Source: Octopus vulgaris
Lineage: Eukaryota
Direction of reading: 5' to 3'
Length of the DNA: 64,000 nucleotides
Assembly (NCBI GenBank): GCA_951406725.2
Contig: OX597823.1
Location: 22,754,001 to 22,818,000 of the forward strand
The notes under the pieces are model-generated. The model ran no database searches. It was not told the origin of the DNA and saw only the letters and a program-made list of their open reading frames with translations. Shown in pieces: positions 54,238 through 64,000 of the stretch (its first letter is position 1; every line of letters starts with the position of its first letter). Both the position numbers and the translations under genes were made by a program.

Positions 54238-54412
54238 ATTAATAGTTATCGCCATACTAATATGGCAGTCTATAAATAAGGTTCGAAGGTTGTAATGGAC
54301 GCAGGTTCGTGTGTCATATAGCTAGCTAGAGGCGATGGCCTCTTGGAGCTAATCAGCGACAGCTTTAGTCTTATTTATAGACTGCCATATTAGTATGGCG
54401 ATAACTATTAAT
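54238..54412. mobile_element. 175-bp MITE with perfect 43-bp terminal inverted repeats
   Basis: ATTAATAGTTATCGCCATACTAATATGGCAGTCTATAAATAAG (54238-54280) and its exact reverse complement (54370-54412). Confidence 0.85.
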
Positions 54413-54789
54413 TAAAGAAAGGTTTTTCTAAAAAAATTTGATTATTTTAAAAACTTTTGTATGACAGAATGTCACCAATCTTTCTGGAAGAAGTTTGCGT
54501 ATAGTGTTGTGCATTTTTTGTTAACACTTTTATTGTTCAATTTTTCGAACGCACGTATTCTGCGCTAATGCGTATAGTCGTCGTCATCGTCGTCGTCGGC
54601 GTGTATCGTACGCTTTTGCCGCGCGTTGATGACACTATCACGAAAGTCTTCCAGATTAAGCGCGATTTCTTCCATCGGATGAACCATAACGTTTCTTCGT
54701 TCTTTCTCAAAGGGGGGGGTGCAGTTATGTACACTTTGACAGAAGAAAAGCAGGACAAAAACAGTTTTATCGATCACATTCTCACCTGG

Positions 54790-55185
54790 AATCGATTTTT
54801 GTAATTTTTTCAAGACTTATACACCCCCTGATACAGTCGGTATCTACATATCAAAAGGCGGTGAGCTGGCAGAAACGTTAGCGCGCCGGGCGAAATGCTT
54901 AGCGGTATTTCGTCTGCCGCTACGTTCTGAGTTCAAATTCCGCCGTGGTCGACTTTGCCTTTCATCCTTTCGGGGTTGATCAAATAAGTACCAGTTACGC
55001 ACTGGGGTCGATATAATCGACTTAATCCGTTTGTATGTCCTTGTTTGTCCTCTCTGTGTTTAGCCCCTTGTGAGTAGTAAAGAAGTAGGTATCTACATAT
55101 CAAATTTGAGCGCAATCGGATGGAGGAGGTCCGAGATCCTAGAAGACACACACACAGACAGACAGAACGGATTTTATATAACAGA
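54790..55185 (-). mobile_element. 5' end of another Helitron-type element, interrupted by SINE B
   Basis: Minus strand A|TCTGTTATATAAAATCCG..(GTCT)n(GT)n..CCGATTGCGCTCAAATTTGATATG, same layout as the 5' end at 61745; 3' end not located. Confidence 0.55.
54856..55087 (+). mobile_element. SINE family B monomer with 17-bp TSD
   Basis: GGTATCTACATATCAAA at 54839-54855 and 55088-55104. Confidence 0.92.
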
Positions 55186-55211
55186 TATATATATATGTAT
55201 GTATGTATGTA

Positions 55212-55408
55212 TGTGATCGCGTGTGTATCGTTGGCGATTTTCTTTCTCATGCTTCCATTCTTTGGACGTTTTCTATATTTCTGATGAAGAACTCCGCTCG
55301 AAACGTGAAATCCTCTTTCTTTTCTTTCCTTTCCTGAGCATTCAATAACACAGTACTTATACCACGTCCTCGTGTTGTTGTTTTTTCTTGCTTGTTCTTG
55401 TTTGGATT

Positions 55409-55412
<4 letters not shown>
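55212..55412 (+). mobile_element. ~200-bp HHR-bearing repeat (probable solo PLE pLTR)
   Basis: AUUU CUGAUGA a GAAC ucc GCUC GAAA cg UG AAAU at 55277-55311; homologous to 14653-14849; ends in (TA)n. Confidence 0.75.
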
Positions 55413-55465
<53 letters not shown>

Positions 55466-55492
55466 AATAATAAATCTCTGAGCGAGGTATAA

Positions 55493-55562
<70 letters not shown>

Positions 55563-55736
55563 ATAAATCTCTGAGCGAGATATAAGTATATATATATATA
55601 TATATATATATATACTAGCAGCATAGCCCGGCGTTGCCCGGGTATGTAAGACCCCTAGTAGGCAACGACTAATCCCAATATAGTCCTTTCCCTCTGAGGG
55701 AACGAAGGTGCATGTGGACGTTGCAATGTCTTGTCT

Positions 55737-58700
55737 TCACTGGAATACTTCTGTATATACGATGTTCCTAGCTGTCCGTTTGGGCGAAAACATGAAAACA
55801 TCATTGCGCCTCCCAACGCGTGAACAGCCCACGTAGAGTTGACCGTGGGCGAAGCACTGTTCGCCCAAATGTAACCCAGCGACTTGTAGCGTTTGGCCTT
55901 GGGATTTATTAATGGACATTGCGAAGCAGAGTTTAACAGGAAACTGAGAACGCCTGAAGTGGATTGGTAGGTCAGCGCCCGACGGTTGAAGGTGCATCCG
56001 TGGAATGAAGACGTCCTCTGCCTTCCCACAACCGGTAAGTATTGTGGCCGTTATTAAATGTGGTGCCAAATGTTTCACAACCAAACGTGTGCCGTTGCAC
56101 TGTTTAGGTGGAACCAAATTCCTGATGAGCATAATGGGCGCACCGACTTTTAACTTCAGGATGTGTGGTGGCAGGCCTGGCGGTTCAAGTGAATTCAGGA
56201 ATTCAACAGGATAATCGGCAAGCTGGGCGGGGTCTGCTGTCCTATCTATAGATTTGTAGACGTGGACATCACCAGGAATAGCTTCAAGTAGCTGGATATT
56301 GATGGAGTTGACGGTTGTATTTTTGGGTGCGAGAATAGCTCTGCCTGCCAGCCATTTTAGGTCGCGTAAAATGTTTTGTAGGTCGTGGAAGACAGCGTCC
56401 CGGAGGCTAGCAGGGGTGTCGACAATGGTGCAAAGTGAGTCCAATTGAACGTAGCCATCCGCATCAGACAGCATCCTATTTTCACCGAGCGATAAGAGGT
56501 CCCTGGAGAATGCAGCGGATCCGCTGTCACCAATTAACTGCGCGCGCATGTTAGTTTGGAGGTGCAAGGGCCGCACATGTGCCCAAAGAGCTGACGACTT
56601 AAGGCACGCGCGCACGGCATCGGCACGGGTTCCTTTTGGAATAACAGGTAGAGTCTGCCTGAAGTCTCCTGAAAGAAGTAAAGTTAATCCTCCCATGGGG
56701 GCCGTAGAGTCTCTCATGTCTTGCAGGGACCTGTCCAGTGCCTCAAGGGCGCCTTTGTGTGCCATAGTGCACTCGTCCCATACGATGAGTTTGCATCTGC
56801 GCAGAATGTCGGCCTGTTCTGAGTTCTTGGCGATGTTGCAGATAGGTGACTCGGACTTTGCCAGATCGAGCGGGAGTCTGAAGGCAGAGTGGGCGGTTCT
56901 GCCACCCGGAAGCAACGTGGCCGCGATACCAGAGGAAGCTACAGCCAGGGCAATGTCCGTGTTGCGTCTGACCTCTGCCAGAATTAGTTTAGTGACGAAG
57001 GTTTTGCCAGTGCCGCCGGGTGCATCAAGGAAGAAAATCCCCCCACGTTGCTGTCTGACAGAGTCTACGATGGTGTTGTAGGCTATGCGCTGGTCTGGAA
57101 GCAGCCGTGGTTCATTATCTTGGACGTACTGGTGCAGTTCCTCAATGCAGTAGGAAGTTTCGCGTAACAATTCAGCAGACATAACATTGGCGTGTTCACG
57201 TGTGGGTGGTGGAAGGCCGTACTCTGTTAAAGCAGACCCACCCATATCGATGACAGCGTCTTCGAGTTGAATGAGCGCAAAATTGTAAATGAAGTTGGTG
57301 AACGTGATCTCGGCGGAAGGGCAGTGTTGCTGAGCCGTACTTAAGAAGTCGTGCGACATGTCATCCCTGTATTTCATCCAGAGACTTAGTGGATCACTAA
57401 GCTGACATTTTTGAAGAAGGATTGCGAAAAGATGTCGTAGGGCCGAATGCGTTTGCAGTAAAGCACCCTCTGCCATCGTGGCGTCCCACTGGGAGTCATC
57501 CTCTAGAAGGCCAAGTCTCATACATGCTTCTCTGAAGGTGTCGCACAGAACCCCATTGACGGTACGTATATTGGCGAAACCTGTTGGACCAGTGACCTCA
57601 TGTAGAAGGAGACGGAGGTAGAAGCATTCTTGCTGGTTTGGCGGGATGTTGTAAACTCGACCCAGGCAGGAGTCAAACTTGACGCCTGGGAAGCTTTCGA
57701 CGTTTTTGCCGGATTTCCGTCGAACCCAGGTGTTTTTAGACCACACGAAGTACGATGGGACCTGTGGGTACAAAAGCGTTCGAGCGAAGTCATCACGTTG
57801 GCATAATTTGAAGAAACCAGTCAACGTTGTGTCTTTAGGGCTGGTGGCTATCTGCACAGCACTTTGCTCTGTGAAGTAAATCCGCTGTCCATTTTCCAAG
57901 TGTACAGCAAGCTGTACCACAGCCGGGTGTCTCTGATGGAGCGGGAAGCCGTAAATGCGCCAAAACGCTTCGTTGCTGCTGAGGTACCGGCCAGCCAAGT
58001 AGTTGGACACTTCGTCGCGACTGGTGGTCCTCTGGATGCTGAACATGGCAGCATCGCTGCCTTTGTTGATATATTTGCAGACATATTGTATTGACCTGAT
58101 GGAGCTGCAGAACTCAACGTTGATGTGGGCTTTGAATATCTTCGACAGGAGAGGACAGTAGGGGACAATGTAGCTGTTGTCCACTTGATGTCGCCCAACC
58201 ATAATCGTGCGGCCTCCATTGGCTGGACTCCTTCGTTTGTACAGCGGATACCCATCGCCGCCTGTTTGAGTCTCCAAAGTGAACCGTTTAGGGAATCCCT
58301 TTGAGCAGGCTAATCCGTTTTTGTAGCATGGTGTGTTGGCGTAATTTGGTCCACAGGGCCCGTGTACCATGGTAGTGCGGACAATTTCGTAGAGTCCGGG
58401 GTCCTCATCGGGGTCAGGAATCTCGGCGGAAATGAATTTGTCAATGTCATTAGTCTCGATTTTATGAGTGAGCCAAATTAAGATGTGAGCATGTGGCAAG
58501 CCCCTCTTTTGCCACTCGACCGAAAACATGTGGCACCTGACATGCCCGAAAATCTGACCCTTAACTATCAAATCCTTCATTTTGCCCAAATTCAGACGGA
58601 AAACCCTAGCAACGATGTCGTGTCGATGGGTGTGAGATTGACCCGGGAGGAGTTCGCGAGTGATTTCGTCGCAGCTGGGATTGCACGTGTAGGTGATAAA

Positions 58701-60598
58701 GAGGTCCGGCCGGCCGTAAATGCGCACGTAGGTCAAGGCGTCTTGGGTCCTTTCACGCATATATCGCGGTCCTCCCGTGAAGGTGGAGGGTAGAATGCAT
58801 GGCTTGCCGATGTTGCGAGGGTCATTTTCTTGTTGCAAACCGTCACGGAGATGAATGTAGGAGTCGGAGCGAAGTTTGGTTTGATTAAGTTTAATGTATA
58901 GCAGCCTTTCCGATTCCATTTTTGCGGCCATGTCGACGGCGAACTTGTTGAATAGCTGACGACAACGGGGAAATAAGTTGAACTCACCCTCCCTGACCAT
59001 GAACCGGTATGAGTAGAACGCCCTGCAGGAAACCGTCTTTGATGCCGCAGTAGTTTGATTGGAGGGCTGCCGTAAAGGAATTCCGAAGTGGTAGCCGTCT
59101 TCCCCATAAGGGAAAAGCAATGGATACTGAAGCGCGTCATAAGATCTGTGAGTCTCGCTGATCCTGTGTAGGTTGTTACCACGGGAGGAGATGATTATGT
59201 CACGGCTGTTGTGTTGCTCTCCGTGTATGACTGCGGCAATTTCGTTGCACGCAGGTGCGTTGAAACGGCGTTCGTGCTCCCCGTGGGGTCGTTTATCAGC
59301 ATCAATGACAACGGTGAAGTTTGGAGATGGAGCACTGTCCAAGGCATATCTGAAGCTGCAGACGTAGCTGTTGATATCATGAAGCATGGTTTGGAGACGG
59401 AGAAGAATGTCTTTGCGGGGAACATAGCTTGTACCCGGTATTATTCCAAGGCGTGCATCAACCTGGTGGTTGTAGTCGGCAATGAAGTATATTTGGAGGA
59501 AAGAAGACTGCTGAATCTCGTCTGGCAGAAGTGACCCAATAAGATGGTAGACCTGTCCCTGCACTTTGAAAGTAGGCATCCAGCCTTCTCTGGGAGGAAT
59601 TTTGGCCCCGAAAGAGGTCATTTGGAATGAGCAGTTGTACTTTCGAATTATTTCAAGGAATTGTGACGAATCGGGGGTTAAACCCGCCGCGAGATCCTTC
59701 AGTAGTTGAGGTGGTTCCCGTAGGGGTGGCAGGTCCACTTTGCCACCAGAGCAGCACAAACCAGGTGGCTCTCCGGGCCATTTCTTGGCTTTGCAAAACT
59801 GGCATACAATTGTCATTGACCCTATCTTGATGTCGTCACGCAAGGAGAAGTTAATTGTGGCGTCGTAGTTGAATGCTAGTGACAACCAGAAAGCGGGGGC
59901 AGGGGTACGTACACCACGAATGATATCCCGACGTTTGTTGATACTCTCAAGTCGAGTGCACCGTGCCTCAGCAGATTCAGATGCACGTGCGACAGCGGTA
60001 GCAGTGGCATCCCTTGAAAGCCTTTCAGCTCTCGCCTCAGCACCCTCTGAAGCCCTAGCAGAAGCAGTGTTAATGGCATGTCTGGATGTCCGAATAGTCC
60101 GTTGGTGTGGAGTTTCGGCAGATCGAGCCCTGGCTGTGTTTGCGGCGTTAGCAGCTTGGCGAGCTCTCCTCTGTTGAGGTGTTTGGCCATGGCTTTGTTT
60201 GCGGCGTCAGCATCTTGGCGAGTTCTCCTCTGCTGTGAGGTTTCGACAGATCGTGTCCTGGCAGTGCTAGTGGCGTTAGCCGCATTCCGAATGGCCCTTT
60301 GTTCGGGGTTCTCGCGAGCTCTGCGGATGGAAGCACAGTAAGAAGCCCGCATGTTTTGGCTGGACTGTTGCTCTTTCGTCAACCTCGAGCGGAGGGAAGA
60401 TCTGTACGCTGCGACCCTTGCAAGTCGGGTAGAACGGTCGCTAGTAGTTTCAGATGCCTGAGCAGCGGCATAACGGGAAGCTGTTTGCGAGAGGCGCAAG
60501 GCGGTTTCCTCGTGGGTCTCGCGTGCCCTTCTAGCCCTAGCAGCCGATGCCTTGGCCGTCCGAGGGCTGAGGAGGGTCCTTCTCTTCTTGGGTGGCAT
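55737..60598 (-). CDS. Helitron RepHel (HUH-Y2 Rep plus PIF1-family SF1B helicase); one frameshift near 60185
   Basis: Rep motifs PDLFITYTCNP, VEWQKRGLPHAHILI, YVCKYINK; helicase GGTGKT, IVWDEC, GDFRQTLP, FAMSINKSQGQT, HGQLYVGCSR. The frame of ORF 55737..59885 stays open upstream to ~60205; the N-terminal 22-aa repeats start at MPPKKRR (60598) in another frame. Confidence 0.93.
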
Positions 60599-60720
60599 TT
60601 TGGTGGATAGCAATGTGTTTGGCAAAGGTGTAATAAAAAGGAACACGTGGGGTAAGTATTTTGGTGGATAGCAATGTGTTTGGTAAAGGTGTAATAAAAA
60701 GGAGCTCGTGGGGTAAGTAT
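60597..60720. repeat. ~61-bp tandem duplication in the Helitron leader
   Basis: TTTTGGTGGATAGCAATGTGTTTGG.AAAGGTGTAATAAAAAGGA.C.CGTGGGGTAAGTA twice. Confidence 0.9.
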
Positions 60721-61740
60721 CCGAAAATGTATAAAAAGTACAAAAACGGCCAAAAAGCTGGCAGCAATGTGAGTGACAACAACGAAAAAGTCAAAAGTGA
60801 TCAAACTGAACAAACAAAAGGAAAAGTTTTTTGATGCACACGACAAAAGTGGTTTATAATAAACCAAGAGTTTGCAAGTAGCATCCGAGGACCGTTAGGG
60901 TACGTCAAAAATTGAAGGTAAAACGTTTGGGGTGGTAGTTATAAAGAAAGTTTAAACAAAAAAGTATTCGAATAACTTGCGGCTGCAGCAGCTATTAGCA
61001 GAAGTGGCGGTGTTGGGGGTAAAGTCTCGAATGTAATTTCTTCCTGGTAGGAATTGGTTGGATCGAATTATCGATAGCTAAAAAGGTCAAGTTGCGTCCC
61101 CTAGACAGTCTGGTTTGTGTTTAATACACAAATTTGTTTGCTATGTGTGCCACATATGATTAAATTAACCGATTTTTTCCAATAATGTATCCTATTGGAA
61201 TAAAAAGGGCTATATAGCTCCTTGGAGCAGACATGATGCTCGTTGTGAAAAAAAAAAGATTCCTGCCAATTTGTGAAAGATATTGTCGAAAATATGTCAT
61301 CTTGAATTTGAACGCGATTTCCCAAAATGGCATGATTTTATCGATTGTTTCTGATGGTAAGGTATTGCATGGAAAACTAACGTCAGAATTGAGTTTCTTA
61401 GGGTAACATTAAGCTTCACCATGAGTTTGGTGAAAATCGATTGCAAGTTGAGAAAACTACCATAGATAATGCGTTGCATAAAAAAAGCTTAGATTCTCGA
61501 GTTGCGTCCCCTAGACAGTCTGTGGTTCATGTTTATGATTCTCGACCCCATGTCGAATTTATCAATTTTTTTCAGAACTGGGGGAACTTTTCAAAATTTT
61601 CGCTGCGTTAGTTTTGAATTATGACATTGGGCGATGTGTGTGTCAAGTTTCATCAGAATCGGTTGAAAGCCGTGGTCAGGGTGAGGGTACGAGAAAACAG
61701 ACACACAGAAGCACGCACAGACAAACTGCCGTTTATATAT

Positions 61741-61784
<44 letters not shown>

Positions 61785-62907
61785 GTAGCTTGCTTTGCCT
61801 TGAAACCTCATGCCATAAAACAATGCATTTTGGGGTGTTTTTAAAAGTAGCAGAACTATTCGCTCCCTCAGTCTGGTCACAAGTGATATCTAACATAGCG
61901 CACACGCGGATTATTACAAAATGCTCCGAGTTCAAATCATCCCGAGGTCATCTTTGTCTTTCATCCTTCTAGCGTCGATAAGTGCCAGTCCTATACTGAG
62001 ATCGCTTTCTTTGACTACAGTTCATTTTCGAAATGTGAGGCTTTGTGCCTAAATCAGATATCCTTTAATTACGTTGCCATGTTTTAATACTTCCTGCTTC
62101 ACCAAATTAAATAAGAAGCTTTTTCTGTTGGCTGTTGTAGAGAGATAACTGGACGACGCCATTCTATCAGGTAATACTCCAGATGATTCGGTATTAATTC
62201 TTTAACAGCAAGATTAAGTGAGGCAATATAGAGTCAATGGTAAATTAGGCACTTTTATTGTAATGAGCTCAATAACTTTAATTAATTAAGATTATAATCG
62301 TATTCAGGAGTGATAAACACTGCTATATAATGCAGAAATCTACCGAAGGGAAGAGTAGCAACACAAAATGAAAACATATTTTTTAATGGGTTGACACACC
62401 AAAGTCACAATTAATTAGAATTGAAAATAAGAAATGTGTTGAAGGCTCTGGATATGTTTTGCCTCATTAAACCTCGACGGTGAAGTTTGGTTATTCACGT
62501 GTCCGTCACTTTCATAGAGAGAAAGGGATATATGCCTATACAGACACCGCACATACACTTGCATTACAACAGCATAAAAATTAGAACTCAAAAAGTCTCC
62601 TAATCAAATGCAGGATGAAACATAGCCCATTTGAACTCGCGATCTACGAGTTAGCTTCTTAATACTTTATCCACTCACCTATTTTTACACAAGCTTCTTC
62701 ATCAGAAAATGTAAAACTATGCAATTCAGTTTGTTGTTCATTTATTTAAGACAGTTGACTGAGGTTGAGGGAGAGGCTATGTGGTGAGTCGACCTGAGGC
62801 AAACAGTAGCCAGATCTCTCTCAACCATACCATACTGTCTTAAAGACCGAAGGACACACAAATTTATATTTATCATATTAGTAAAAGATTTATTATGTTA
62901 TAAAATA

Positions 62908-63558
62908 CAGTGTTCGGGTTAAATTTGACGATATTTTATATCTTTTTTTTTTTTTTTACAAAAGCAGCTTAATGTGTTAGTGAACTGTCAACGACGTTGG
63001 AGATTAAAGCTGTAGTTGAGAAAAAGATAGCTGACATGGGGGACTGGAAATCATCTGAATATTTGAAAAGAGTTACCTGTATCACGATGCTTCACGCCGG
63101 CTGCCATTGCTGCTGATCAATGCTGTGGATTGTAGGACATTACATGAATAGTTGCAACGGAGATAACGAAGCCCTCGGCAGAAAGAGACATGGCAAGCGG
63201 TTCTGACTGCGTCTGTACGCCGGAATTCAACACCACGTCTTTGAGAAAAGACACCAACCGCTCTGCCTGCAACACCAAGGTCGAGCTTGGGACCAAGATC
63301 AAGGAAGTGTTCGAAGATCTTCCCAGGGATGCAGTGAGGAACGTATTCACCAAGTTCCGGAGCCATCTTGAGGTCGTGGTTGAAGGTGGTGGCGGAAGTT
63401 TGAGTAAACTGCTATCTCCCAGCCATAATCCAGTTGGTATTTTTGATATTTTAAAAAATACTTTTATTTTTGGATGAGATATGTTTTCGGTCTTTTCTTT
63501 TTTTAGTTTTTTAGTTTTTACCTTTATGCGAAATGACAAATTTATCCTGAACACCCTG
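62908..63558 (+). mobile_element. Internally deleted DD37D (maT-like) transposon with both TIRs
   Basis: TA-CAGTGTTCGGGTTAAATTTG and CAAATTTATCCTGAACACCCTG-TA; TNRSACNTKVELGTKIKEVF..FRSHLEVVVEGGG matches the C-terminus of the element at 14886. Confidence 0.8.
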
Positions 63559-63589
63559 TATGTTATTTGTATGCACTTAGAAAAGAGAC

Positions 63590-63880
63590 TGTCATCATAT
63601 TTTCCAGCTCTGCATGATGGTATATTACCAACAGCAACAATTTCCTCCCTTTTGTCTACTGGTACCAACTTTACAGATGTGGAAATGAAGATTACTTTTG
63701 TCAATTCCACTAAGCTATTACTGGTAGTAATATACCGTCTCGCTGAGATTCGAGCCACCGTTCGGAGGAAACCTCTGTTATGTTGTTTTATGACCCGGAT
63801 CACAACAATTTAGGCAGTACTGCAGTTTGGATATCCATTTCACTGCTCTGGCTAACTCCTGCATTCTCACGCAATTGTAT
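63590..63880 (-). mobile_element. Possible CRE-like LINE RT remnant
   Basis: SVKLVPVDKREEIVAVGNIPSCRAGK loosely resembles RLIPLDK..RPIGIGEVLRRIIGK; weak. Confidence 0.3.
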
Positions 63881-64000
63881 GGATTTTTATCTTGCTGCTG
63901 AGCATATTATGTAAAGACGAGATAGTGAGTCGGTTGCGCGTGCACCTCTGCACATTAGGGCGAAGGTACGAAAGATACACACTTTTGTTTATTAACATAT

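Larger units (their letters stand above)
55615..61745 (-). mobile_element. Full-length autonomous-type Helitron (6131 bp)
   Basis: 5' A|TCTCTATATATAAAC at 61745; 3' hairpin CCCGGgcaacgCCGGG (55627-55642) then CTATGCTGCTAG|T at 55615; inserted in (TA)n with no TSD; encodes RepHel. Confidence 0.96.

Noticed and set aside
56005-60610. Plus-strand and alternate-frame ORFs inside the Helitron
   Set aside because: Shadow ORFs of a GC-rich coding region.

Overview
AT-rich, microsatellite-saturated eukaryotic DNA with no recognisable host exon, so it is intergenic or deep intronic. The SINE families and repeat style suggest an octopus or other coleoid cephalopod; this is inference and was not verified. 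Almost all informative sequence is transposon-derived: a near-intact 6.1-kb autonomous Helitron (55615-61745, -), several Helitron relics and non-autonomous copies, a young 5'-truncated Neptune-type Penelope-like element (PLE) with inverted pseudo-LTRs (30616-32840), decayed mariner/Tc1/DD37D/pogo transposons, RTE, R4/Dong and Hero-like LINE fragments, three tRNA-SINE families and foldback elements. The main unexplained signal is a set of minimal hammerhead ribozyme (HHR) folds beside (TA)n tracts. Their catalytic cores use three different 3-8 pairs: canonical C3-G8 (51331, 55281), U3-A8 (both PLE pLTRs) and G3-C8 (11920-11926, -). Several sit in outward-facing inverted-repeat modules. Also notable are an orphan, structurally compensated 28S rRNA domain VI (sarcin-ricin loop) fragment near 1045-1200 and a palindromic-core array with variable spacers at 3960-4700. 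All folds and homologies were read by eye; no searches or folding programs were run.
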